The notes under the pieces are model-generated. The model had not been told where the DNA came from, ran no database searches, and was given only the letters and a program-made list of their open reading frames with translations. Shown in pieces: positions 1 to 8,589 of a stretch of DNA of 64,000 nt. This DNA is from Bacteroidetes bacterium HGW-Bacteroidetes-4 (GTDB taxonomy: Bacteria > Bacteroidota > Bacteroidia > Bacteroidales > SZUA-534), in assembly GCA_002840905.1 (NCBI GenBank), contig PHDD01000001.1, forward strand, positions 43,033-107,032, read 5' to 3'. Position 1 is the stretch's first letter. Every line of letters starts with the position of its first letter. The position numbers were made by a program, and so were the translations under genes.

Positions 1-86
1 ACGCTGGTAAGCGATAATGACATTCCACCATCAGACTCGATTTCACCGAGTTTCAGGTCATCAATGTCTATACTTGTCTTTGCCAT
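1..86 (-). CDS. 5' end of probable major tail (tube) protein, truncated by window edge
   Basis: ATG at 86 reads MAKTSIDIDDLKLGEIESDGGMSLSLTS; lies directly after the neck/tail-completion genes. Confidence 0.55.
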   Translation of the reverse strand, partial: MAKTSIDIDDLKLGEIESDGGMSLSLTS

Positions 87-88
87 GA

Positions 89-472
89 TTAACTGTTTTT
101 AAGAATTTTTACTAACAATCTGATATTCACATAATGCTCATTTAGCGAGTTCTCGCGAAATGTTTTTGAGGTTTGTATATACAAGTCAATTTCACCTGAA
201 TGAACTTTGTCCAGTACATTGTAGGCATTGGATTCTAACTCTTCAAGCCGGGCTGTATTAGGAACAGTCGAATTGATATCGTTCACATGCAGATTGACAT
301 TTACAATAAGTTCCTGAAGTAGTTTGTTTGGTATATCTAATGAGTTAACAACAACATATTCGCTACCGGCATCAACCGTTGGCCGTGAATGCTTGTAAAC
401 ATTTGCAAGCAAGCCACCGTTTTCTTTATAATACCGGGCAACAAATGATACTATTTGGTTTGATGTCATCAT
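89..472 (-). CDS. Probable tail terminator/completion protein
   Basis: 127 aa, beta-rich, canonical position between neck genes and tail tube. Confidence 0.55.
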   Translation of the reverse strand: MMTSNQIVSFVARYYKENGGLLANVYKHSRPTVDAGSEYVVVNSLDIPNKLLQELIVNVNLHVNDINSTVPNTARLEELESNAYNVLDKVHSGEIDLYIQTSKTFRENSLNEHYVNIRLLVKILKNS

Positions 473-921
473 TGCAAACTCATTTTTTTACCTGTTTTTT
501 TGGCTAGCTCTTTAAGGTCTTTGGCTAAAAGCTCAACAATCTCATAGCTTTGGCTTGTAATTACATTGTAGCCTCTACTTTCTACATAAGCAGCGTAATT
601 CATACCGGCCATTCCAATTAACCGGTATCCGGGTCTTTTTGGTACTTCATTTAAAGCAGCTTTTGCTTCCTGGGTTTGTCCACCCGGGAAACTACTGTGA
701 ATTACATCATTGTCTTTAAGAATAAAGTATCCAATAGAATTACGGAGATTAGCTGTTCTGTCAGTATAATCACCTTTTTCAAAAGCACCATCAAACGAAT
801 TGTTATTTCGGGCATCAGTAACAAACTGTTCACCTCTACGGGCCAATGTTGCAATAATAGCCTGTTCAATTCTTCTTAAATTGTCAGATTTATCGAAAGT
901 TATTTTTGCTTTTATAGCCAC
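469..921 (-). CDS. HK97 gp10-like neck/tail completion protein
   Basis: DRTANLRNSIGY and AGMNYAAYVE motifs typical of this family. Confidence 0.7.
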   Translation of the reverse strand: MAIKAKITFDKSDNLRRIEQAIIATLARRGEQFVTDARNNNSFDGAFEKGDYTDRTANLRNSIGYFILKDNDVIHSSFPGGQTQEAKAALNEVPKRPGYRLIGMAGMNYAAYVESRGYNVITSQSYEIVELLAKDLKELAKKTGKKMSLQ

Positions 922-1238
922 AATATAGAGTATGATTGATAGTTAAAATGCTCTAACACTTCAGAATCGATAGTTTTACCCGGAATAGTTACCACTGCTT
1001 TTGCACCTTTAGGAATTTCGGTTGACATTACATCCAAATAAACTTTGTATGTTGCTTCAACCTTTTTTCCATCAGCCGATGTAAAAGTTTTAACTACCCC
1101 GGAACCATTACCCGATGGAACCAGCCTACAATCACCTTCAAAGCTTCCACCTTCCGGTGTTTGCCAATTGTTGTCCGCATCCTGGTATGGTTTCCCATCC
1201 CATGTTATTGAAATAGTATGTGGTCTAAAGTTTACCAT
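912..1238 (-). CDS. Probable head-closure protein
   Basis: 108 aa beta-rich, position after head-tail adaptor. Confidence 0.55.
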   Translation of the reverse strand: MVNFRPHTISITWDGKPYQDADNNWQTPEGGSFEGDCRLVPSGNGSGVVKTFTSADGKKVEATYKVYLDVMSTEIPKGAKAVVTIPGKTIDSEVLEHFNYQSYSILWL

Positions 1239-1543
1239 GGACTTATACCTCTAACTGAACTAGTTCCAAAAGGATTGGCTTTTCCGTATTTATTGTAAGT
1301 ACTGATAACCAAATCTTTGATTGTTTTTTTATCGGCTAGTGATATCGATAAATCCCCTTCAGTAACATTGGGCATTGTTATAACCAGTTTTAGAGCATCA
1401 GCGGTACACATCTCCAGTGTTGCAAATTTTGAGGCACTGTATTCATCAGTACTATTAACACCATTGTTAATGAGCACCAATTCCAGTTGGCTATCTCTAA
1501 CAGGATAGCCAACTGAATTTTTTAATGCTTCTAAAAAGGTCAT
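1232..1543 (-). CDS. Probable head-tail adaptor protein
   Basis: 103 aa helical with NVTEGDLSIS hairpin, immediately after capsid gene. Confidence 0.6.
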   Translation of the reverse strand: MTFLEALKNSVGYPVRDSQLELVLINNGVNSTDEYSASKFATLEMCTADALKLVITMPNVTEGDLSISLADKKTIKDLVISTYNKYGKANPFGTSSVRGISPW

Positions 1544-1546
1544 AGC

Positions 1547-2641
1547 CTACGCAGTTTTGGTTTCAATATCCATAATGAATATTGAATCAATTGTTTCCAG
1601 TCCGGGGAATGCGTTCAGTTCACAACCTGTAAATTCGGCCCAAGGATTATTTTGAGACCATTTACTAATCAACACGTGATTGTTGGTTGCATACTGTACC
1701 TGCTGAACAGGTTTCAATTGCTCAATAGCATAGGCATTGTGAATGATACCTAATTTACCCGAAGGCACAAAGGTTACCGAAGTACTGTTCCAAGGATCAA
1801 CAGCGGTTATTACACCACTTTTTTCAATACCAATACTCTCATTCACAAGTTCAATGTATGGGAATTTGTTGGCCAAAAGCATTTGGTTCACTTCATCCAA
1901 GGTACCTACCCGCTTTTGGTTATCACCCATTCTAAAGTAACCGGCTAATTGTGCGGTTACCTCAGCAGATGCCTGAAACTTCCACCATCCGTCAAAGGTC
2001 ATGAGCATTTTTTCAAACACAATACCCCTTTGTTTTGCTGCTTTCACAGCAAGTTTAATGTCGGTAATAGGTTTACTTGATGCTACGATAGACCATTTTT
2101 CAGTAACCGTAAGCTTGTTGGCAGCAGGCATTAGCAAATCAATGTCATCATACACAACACCATCAGGGTTGGTAGTGGCATTAATAGTTACTTTACCCGT
2201 TGATAAAGCTTGCAGTACCATCATGTCAATTCGCTTAAGCGGTGCCTCACCGGCTTTTTTCACGTCTCCCCACATCAGGTCAAGGATTTGCTTTTGTTTC
2301 ATTGCATCCGAAACATTTGCCATGTTCTGGATGGTCAAATAATTGCGATAATCACTTTCCTTCATTTTGAAGAGTTGCTTAATAGCTGGCACTTCGCCTG
2401 AATATTTCTCAAGTTCAGCGCGTGAACGCAAGGGTGCTCCACTTTCGCGGTCAACAACCGATGCAGCTGCTTCAATTCGGCTACGGCCTACAGCGGTCTG
2501 GTAGGTTAATCCGATAGTTGTCACACCCCAATCAAAGTATTTGCCAAACCAGGTTGGTGCAAACTTTTCCTTTGATTTATCTACTACTACTTGTAGCTTC
2601 TCACTGTAAGCTCCAAATACTGATTTAATTTTGTCAGCCAT
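1547..2641 (-). CDS. Major capsid protein (lambda gpE-like)
   Basis: 364 aa; RIDMMVLQALSTGK and KPITDI motifs; follows scaffold and decoration genes. Confidence 0.85.
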   Translation of the reverse strand: MADKIKSVFGAYSEKLQVVVDKSKEKFAPTWFGKYFDWGVTTIGLTYQTAVGRSRIEAAASVVDRESGAPLRSRAELEKYSGEVPAIKQLFKMKESDYRNYLTIQNMANVSDAMKQKQILDLMWGDVKKAGEAPLKRIDMMVLQALSTGKVTINATTNPDGVVYDDIDLLMPAANKLTVTEKWSIVASSKPITDIKLAVKAAKQRGIVFEKMLMTFDGWWKFQASAEVTAQLAGYFRMGDNQKRVGTLDEVNQMLLANKFPYIELVNESIGIEKSGVITAVDPWNSTSVTFVPSGKLGIIHNAYAIEQLKPVQQVQYATNNHVLISKWSQNNPWAEFTGCELNAFPGLETIDSIFIMDIETKTA

Positions 2642-2653
2642 GATAACCTCCTA

Positions 2654-3238
2654 TTAATAAGATTGAGAAAAAATAATATTTGGTACAGCCGACTTAACAG
2701 CAGTTGGAACCAGCGGGATACGTTTTTCAAACACGGTACCGCGTAACAGTACTGAGCATGATTCGTTATCACCAGCGGTTACAGATTCGTACAACAGTCC
2801 TTTCGGAGTGTACATAAGAGCACCAGCAGTAGCCCCAACAGCGGGGCTTTCAAACAACACTTCACCAGCGGTGATAGCCACTCCAAGAGTAGTACCAACG
2901 GTAAAGGTGTCGTAATCGGCATTCGACGTGTCCAAAGTAGCAGCGTATGATTTTCCACCAACGGCAACAGCAATCTTCTCACCACCTACAAAAAGGTGTC
3001 CTTTCTTTATTTTATAAACTGTAGCAACATTGTCGGCATTCTCATACACTTCAGCAACTTTCAGGACATTTGCAACACGGGTTTCTTCATTAAAACCCAT
3101 CACGGAACCAGCGGGAACCTCCACACCGGCTGTCAGAACACTATTATCCAACTTAAAGCCACCCTGGGCAACTTCAATAACTGTTGGAAAAATGGGTGCT
3201 CCACCGCTAACTGTTTTTTTTGTAATTAATAGTCCCAT
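2654..3238 (-). CDS. Head decoration/cement protein
   Basis: Gly/Ala/Thr-rich 194 aa, PKGLLYE...RGTVFEKRIP, between scaffold and capsid. Confidence 0.65.
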   Translation of the reverse strand: MGLLITKKTVSGGAPIFPTVIEVAQGGFKLDNSVLTAGVEVPAGSVMGFNEETRVANVLKVAEVYENADNVATVYKIKKGHLFVGGEKIAVAVGGKSYAATLDTSNADYDTFTVGTTLGVAITAGEVLFESPAVGATAGALMYTPKGLLYESVTAGDNESCSVLLRGTVFEKRIPLVPTAVKSAVPNIIFSQSY

Positions 3239-3246
3239 TTAAGTAA

Positions 3247-3894
3247 TTATTTTTTTACAGGTTCATTTTCTTTAGCCCAGTTTTCAATTGCAGCATCAAC
3301 TGAGTTAGAGTCCGGTGAACCACCTCCCGGAATTTCGGTAACTACCCCACCGTTAATCATGTCTTGCTTAACAGCGTTATAGTCATTTTCGGCCTCGGCA
3401 AGCACCGATTCCAGGTCCTCTTCTTTTTCAAGAGTTCTACCTTTAATGAATTGAATTGGAATCTTCTTGTCTTTTGCTTTAGCCTCAAGTTTAGAATAAA
3501 GCTGTTGAGATGATTCCTTTTTTTCGAAACCTTCCAATTTGGATTGCAAAGGTTCAACAGCAGCTTTAACGGCATTGGCCACAATGGCTTGAATGTCGTT
3601 TGGTTCCGGTTCTTTACCACCTCCTGAAATTGGTTTCCCGTTTTCATCAAGTTTGTACTTATCACGGAAGTTTTTTACTGCTGTGTTTGTAGCTTCGGTA
3701 GCTCTACGGTCGCCCTCTGTTTGTGCAAAAGAAGCGGTGAATTTCAAGCCTTCAATAACCCCGTCGGATAACGTTGTTTCAATCTGGCTTTCGTCGGTAA
3801 TGGTTTTGCTGTAAGTGTTGGCAACCCCTTCAATGAATTTACTCTGAACCCCAGGAAGTTTGGTTTTCAGGTGTGCTAAAATTTTTTCATACAT
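3247..3894 (-). CDS. Capsid scaffolding protein
   Basis: Charged helical 215 aa, EGDRRATEA motif, upstream of decoration/capsid genes. Confidence 0.7.
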   Translation of the reverse strand: MYEKILAHLKTKLPGVQSKFIEGVANTYSKTITDESQIETTLSDGVIEGLKFTASFAQTEGDRRATEATNTAVKNFRDKYKLDENGKPISGGGKEPEPNDIQAIVANAVKAAVEPLQSKLEGFEKKESSQQLYSKLEAKAKDKKIPIQFIKGRTLEKEEDLESVLAEAENDYNAVKQDMINGGVVTEIPGGGSPDSNSVDAAIENWAKENEPVKK

Positions 3895-4135
3895 TGCGCA
3901 TTGTTTTTAGTTATAAACTAAGTCAGCTGCAATGTATCTTTAGTGGTTTTTCAAATAAAGTGTTTGGCCTAATGTATAATGACCATTTTTGAAAGGTCAT
4001 TAATTTGATAATTAATTTGGTTTTAAATGCCACATTTTTGAACTTGCGTGGAATTACAATATCTCTCGAAAATTATATACAACTTTTTCAAAATATTATA
4101 TAGTGAAAAGATGGAATATGATAACTGTGTGTGTT

Positions 4136-4351
4136 ATGAAAAAACCAATTGGAATAAAAGGTATCTACATATCCGATGATGATTGTACTTATGAACCATT
4201 GGATTGTAATCTGGCTTTTAATAAAGAGAATTTCAATCGTTTAAGCATAGATGAGCAAAACAAACTTGCAAATGAAATATTAGACAATTGTTCTGTTGAT
4301 GAATTTGAAGCCGGATTTGCGTATGCTACTAATTTCTATTTTATAAACTAA
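4136..4351 (+). CDS. Small acidic hypothetical protein (moron cassette gene 1)
   Basis: ORF 4103..4351; ATG at 4136 (MKKPIGIK) more plausible; opposite strand to the head operon. Confidence 0.55.
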   Translation: MKKPIGIKGIYISDDDCTYEPLDCNLAFNKENFNRLSIDEQNKLANEILDNCSVDEFEAGFAYATNFYFIN

Positions 4352-4360
4352 ATAAATATC

Positions 4361-4612
4361 ATGGAATCCGCAAATAAAGAATTTGAGATGACTTTGAATA
4401 AGCTTGGAATTTCATCTAATAATGCGGGTGAAAAACTAAACAAGCTTCTTTTAAAAGTTAGTGAAATTACCAAAAATAATATCACAACAGTAGCCGGGTT
4501 ATACTTTAATTTGAAAGCATTAGATTGCAGAAATATGACAAATGCTGAATTGATTGATAAATTTGGAATTGAAAATGCATCTACTATTAAATTAATAATA
4601 AAATTGTTATGA
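4361..4612 (+). CDS. Small hypothetical protein (moron cassette gene 2)
   Basis: 83 aa, tightly coupled to neighbours. Confidence 0.55.
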   Translation: MESANKEFEMTLNKLGISSNNAGEKLNKLLLKVSEITKNNITTVAGLYFNLKALDCRNMTNAELIDKFGIENASTIKLIIKLL

Positions 4613-4824
4613 TGGAAACAGTCTGGGATTATAAGATTACTAAAAGCGAAATGGAAGAGCTTGGAATTTCTGAAACAAACAAAAGATTTTCGGAACAGGA
4701 CCAAAACTATATGCTGGCTTCATTATTTTACATTAGAGGTAATAAAGTCAAAGCTGAGTTTTATGCTGATAAGCTACCAGCCCAGGTTAAAGTTGATTTA
4801 TACAGAACCCTTACTCATCCATGA
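4609..4824 (+). CDS. Small hypothetical protein, candidate MuF-toxin immunity/partner
   Basis: 71 aa; ATGA overlap with gene 2; 3' end overlaps MuF 3' end by 14 bp. Confidence 0.6.
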   Translation: MMETVWDYKITKSEMEELGISETNKRFSEQDQNYMLASLFYIRGNKVKAEFYADKLPAQVKVDLYRTLTHP

Positions 4825-6655
4825 GAAGGTTAAAATCTTTATACTGTAAATTTTTTACTAACAATTCCGCTTTCTTAACACCTTTTGATTCTAAATATCC
4901 TATAAGTAAGTCTTGAATGCTTTCATACGGTTTTGTTTGAATCACATTTTTAAAATAGTCATAAGTCAATTGTGAATCTATTTTGTATTTCTCAAGAATT
5001 GAATAAAAGTTGCTTACCAAGTGCTTATATCCATACCCATCCAGTTTAATTGAGCTTTTGTGAAATGCTTTACCGCCCAAGCGCTCTATAAATTCATCGT
5101 ATGAATGCCTTGCGCAAAACTGGTTAACAACTTCCATAGCATAGGTTTTTGATTTTGTTTTTAACCTTACATTATCCCATCCAACAGCTCCAGCGTGTCG
5201 TATCTCATGCCATAAGCTTTCAAGAGCATATTCCTGATTAAAGGTGAGCGTTGATTTTTGCCTAATAGCCTGCAGTGCATTCTTAAGTTCAAAGGCCGGG
5301 TTAAATTTTGTTCCATCTTGTAAGGTAAATTCATTGTTCGATACATAAATTGAGTTCCCAAGCTCCTTTGCATATTTATTATTTCGGTAATTTCTTGAAT
5401 TAAGCATAAAACCATCTCTACGGGATGTAATGCTGAATGTGTTCAATCCACCGTTAAAATCATCGGGAAAGTCAACCGAATAATAGTTCATTAACTTACG
5501 AATATGGTAATCGGTTAACAGCTTATCGGGTGCTAACTCTTTCAGAAAATTAGAACTGTTAATATTTACAGCTGAAGGATCAATCTTTAATGGGGTAGTA
5601 TTAAACTTCAAGCCATTGGCAATATTTGCATTTTTGTAGTTGTCCTGAACAAAGAAGGGTTTGCTTTTCCAACCCTTTACAACCTCCTGGTTGTCTTTTA
5701 TCCAGTTTTTATAACCAGAGTGCATGTCGCTAACATAGTTTTGGCTCTTGGTTGAGTCAAATTCATCACCAGCTAAAACAGAATCCTGGTACGATGAAAA
5801 TTCTTTATCGGATAACATTATTGGAGTAGCCTTACAAAGGCAATGCGGGTGCCAGCCTGAAAAAATAAACTCTTTAGGGTAGTCACCTGCCATAGGGTCG
5901 CAAATGTCAACAACCTTATGGGAACCTGATAACTGAACCTTATACCCAACAATGAATTCCATTTTTTGCCAACGCTCATGATCGGCCAGTCGGTAAGCCA
6001 TGTTTGTTTCAGTAACTGTCATTCTACGGGCATTTTTATACGCGCTCCGGTATTTCCCCTGGCCCGGATGGTAGTCTCTTGCATTGCTTGACAATACCAG
6101 GTTGCCTTCCTCATTTCTCACCCTCCTAAATAAAGCTTTTGGGTTATTAAGGTATTGGCGAACCCTACGCGACATAACATCAGCTGATTCACCCGCGGTT
6201 AATCCCAGGCCAATGTGAATCTCAATTTCGTTTTTAAAGTTATTGGTAAGGTTCCAAACCCTTTCTGAAAGCCCAAACTTACCGTTTACCTCACGGTTAG
6301 TAAACGCCTCTAATGCTTTTACGTTTCGCTGGTTAACCTGGGGTAGTTTTTTAATCAGCTTATTCGAAAGAAAATTGTTTACTAAAACATCGTTTTTAAC
6401 GTTAGCCAGATCCCATTCTTTGGCAATGCCAAGCCTGATGATTTGCTCGATATCATCATTTATTTGCTGGAATATTACTTTGGCCTCTTTTGATAGGTAC
6501 TTATGATTATCAAACGAAAAGTTTGCACCGCTGAACTTTGACAAATTCGGGTTCTTAATAATCTGTGATATTTGCCTGGTAACCGATTCAAAAGCAACAT
6601 CAAGCTGCCTTGCATACTGATTAATATTTGCTATATGTTGTTTGTCGTATGGCAT
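4811..6655 (-). CDS. MuF (minor head, SPP1 gp7-like) protein with C-terminal zincin-like metallopeptidase extension
   Basis: MuF motifs RMTVTETNMAY, DICD, GWHPHCLC; C-terminal WHEIRH plus downstream E (YAMEVVN). Confidence 0.8.
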   Translation of the reverse strand: MPYDKQHIANINQYARQLDVAFESVTRQISQIIKNPNLSKFSGANFSFDNHKYLSKEAKVIFQQINDDIEQIIRLGIAKEWDLANVKNDVLVNNFLSNKLIKKLPQVNQRNVKALEAFTNREVNGKFGLSERVWNLTNNFKNEIEIHIGLGLTAGESADVMSRRVRQYLNNPKALFRRVRNEEGNLVLSSNARDYHPGQGKYRSAYKNARRMTVTETNMAYRLADHERWQKMEFIVGYKVQLSGSHKVVDICDPMAGDYPKEFIFSGWHPHCLCKATPIMLSDKEFSSYQDSVLAGDEFDSTKSQNYVSDMHSGYKNWIKDNQEVVKGWKSKPFFVQDNYKNANIANGLKFNTTPLKIDPSAVNINSSNFLKELAPDKLLTDYHIRKLMNYYSVDFPDDFNGGLNTFSITSRRDGFMLNSRNYRNNKYAKELGNSIYVSNNEFTLQDGTKFNPAFELKNALQAIRQKSTLTFNQEYALESLWHEIRHAGAVGWDNVRLKTKSKTYAMEVVNQFCARHSYDEFIERLGGKAFHKSSIKLDGYGYKHLVSNFYSILEKYKIDSQLTYDYFKNVIQTKPYESIQDLLIGYLESKGVKKAELLVKNLQYKDFNLLMDE

Positions 6656-6659
6656 AGAT

Positions 6660-6684
6660 AAAAAAAGCCGCCTGAGCGGCCTTT
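6660..6684 (-). terminator. Intrinsic terminator immediately before the MuF start codon
   Basis: - strand GCCGC-TCAG-GCGGC followed by 7 T. Confidence 0.75.
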
Positions 6685-6689
6685 AATGA

Positions 6690-6953
6690 TTAGTAATTAG
6701 GAAGTAAATAAGCTTTTCCTTTTGGCTGTTCACCAATAGGAACGTCTGTTCGGTAAAGAGGTCCTTTGGGGGAGTCTGGCAAAACCTGAACGTTCACGCT
6801 TTTCTTATTAATTCCGGTAACAAAAGCAACACACTGAGTTGCATTGTTGCTTGATGCAATGGCATCACCGCTGTTGTGGTGGTAAAACATTTTATCACCA
6901 ATTTTAACGGTAATCTCTGTAGCAGTTGTTTCTGCTTGTTTTTTTTCTGTCAT
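6690..6953 (-). CDS. Small hypothetical beta-rich (SH3-like?) protein
   Basis: 87 aa, KIGD...VTGINKKSVNVQVLPDSPKG. Confidence 0.6.
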   Translation of the reverse strand: MTEKKQAETTATEITVKIGDKMFYHHNSGDAIASSNNATQCVAFVTGINKKSVNVQVLPDSPKGPLYRTDVPIGEQPKGKAYLLPNY

Positions 6954-6955
6954 AA

Positions 6956-7144
6956 CTAAAAGGTTTTTGATTTTTGTAATTCATGTTCATAATACCACAT
7001 GCTTGCTGATTCAGGAGCAAAAGAAACCAAGTATTCAAAGTGGTTGCCTAAAAAGTGATAGGTGATATCAAGAATATACCCTTTCGGACTATCCGGAGTA
7101 ATGTGATATACCCAATCACCAATATTGTATTTTGGATTATTCAT
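6956..7144 (-). CDS. Small hypothetical SH3-like protein
   Basis: KYNIGDWVYH...YEHEL; ATG at 7144 overlaps the portal stop. Confidence 0.6.
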   Translation of the reverse strand: MNNPKYNIGDWVYHITPDSPKGYILDITYHFLGNHFEYLVSFAPESASMWYYEHELQKSKTF

Positions 7145-8579
7145 AAGGTTGTGCGATTGATTCAGATTGTTCAAGTTTTATCTGTTCCAATTCTTTAACT
7201 GGGTTAGATACAAGCGGGTGTTTGTGTACCGCTGTTTCACGTGAGATTGTGCCACTAGCGTATGAATCATTAACCGTTGTAGACTCTTCCTGTACGTTCT
7301 TAGGTAAGTAGGGCGTGAATACAGGTGAAATATCAATCTCATCACAGGCTTGCTTAAGCGAAACGTCAATAACATTTCCAACCATGGCCCTGAGTAAATT
7401 CAGCCTGCGTTGTATGTTTATTCCAAACACCTCTTCTTTATCACTTACGGCCATGTGTGCATCGATAAACATGAGTTTAAGAGCTATTCCCGATACATTA
7501 CCGATGCTCTTAAGGTTATCAAAAGAAATATCAGGTGTTTGGGTGTTGGATAGAATCTCATTCTTTAAGGTTTTAATCTCAAGAGCAACAGCTTCCGGAG
7601 CACTATCCCAACTAAGCATATCTAAACTACCACCTTCCTCTAACTGGAAAGCTTTTCCACGCTCACCTTTGCTTGCGAATCCCAAAACTTTGCCTTTTGC
7701 TACCATCATGGGTGAGCCAAAGTAATCGTTTGTGTCTCCGAAGTTTGAGAGTAGGGTTTCTAAGCGATCAATTTCGCTTTGAACATCGTACCATTCAGGA
7801 TACTCTTGCTGATAAAATATAACAGGGATTTTACCAAGCGGGTTTGCGGAAGGGTATTTTTCAACCGGTACTGTATTACCATCGATAGTAACCCACTTCA
7901 TGATAATGTTTTTGGTATAAGTCTCAAAATAGATTTCTTTTTTGCCGTTGTTATCTAAGGTATATTCCCGGCTAAAAGCAATCAAATCACCCGTGTTGTC
8001 TAAAAGCGGGAAAAGAGTATCCCCTTTGCTTTGGGCAATGATTCTCATTTTGTAGGTGTATTTTCCTTTAGCACCGGTAATAACTTTCCAAATCTTTTTC
8101 CAGAAACTTTGCTCAACCTCTACGGGGTACCATAATTCTGCAACCTCACACTCTGAAAACATAAGCCGGGCCAGTTCCTTGTTGCGATAATTGAGCTTGT
8201 TATCGGTCCATATCTTTTTAACAGTAGAAAATACCATCTCATGTTGCTGGTTCTCTTCATCACCTGATGTCATGTCAAGCTTAATAGGATTACCAAGCAG
8301 GAACCCAACCCTACGCTTTACAATGAGCTTTTGATTTGGTATGCCAATACGGTTTACCTCTTCATACGATGTTTCATTGATAACATTACCCTGGCTGTCT
8401 TTTTTGCCGGTAGGTTTTTGAATTTCCTTTTTAGGCCTTGATGCTTCGTCAAATACAGAATGTTTACCTACCATGTACTGAGCTATACAATCAGAATATT
8501 CAACAGTTCTGGCCGTTCTGCTTGTAAGTTGTTTTTTAGCCTCAGCAAATTCTAGTTTTAATATTTCTTCGATGGTCAT
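7137..8579 (-). CDS. Portal protein (SPP1 gp6-like)
   Basis: 480 aa; NPLGKIPVIFY, DTNDYFGSPMMV, TPDISF, SGIALK motifs. Confidence 0.9.
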   Translation of the reverse strand: MTIEEILKLEFAEAKKQLTSRTARTVEYSDCIAQYMVGKHSVFDEASRPKKEIQKPTGKKDSQGNVINETSYEEVNRIGIPNQKLIVKRRVGFLLGNPIKLDMTSGDEENQQHEMVFSTVKKIWTDNKLNYRNKELARLMFSECEVAELWYPVEVEQSFWKKIWKVITGAKGKYTYKMRIIAQSKGDTLFPLLDNTGDLIAFSREYTLDNNGKKEIYFETYTKNIIMKWVTIDGNTVPVEKYPSANPLGKIPVIFYQQEYPEWYDVQSEIDRLETLLSNFGDTNDYFGSPMMVAKGKVLGFASKGERGKAFQLEEGGSLDMLSWDSAPEAVALEIKTLKNEILSNTQTPDISFDNLKSIGNVSGIALKLMFIDAHMAVSDKEEVFGINIQRRLNLLRAMVGNVIDVSLKQACDEIDISPVFTPYLPKNVQEESTTVNDSYASGTISRETAVHKHPLVSNPVKELEQIKLEQSESIAQPYE

Positions 8580-8589
8580 GATTGTATAA

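Noticed and set aside
4348-4704. 118-aa - strand ORF as MuF immunity gene
   Set aside because: Non-ATG start, about 100 bp from the MuF stop, Phe/Ser/Ile-rich antisense shadow of two coupled + strand ORFs.
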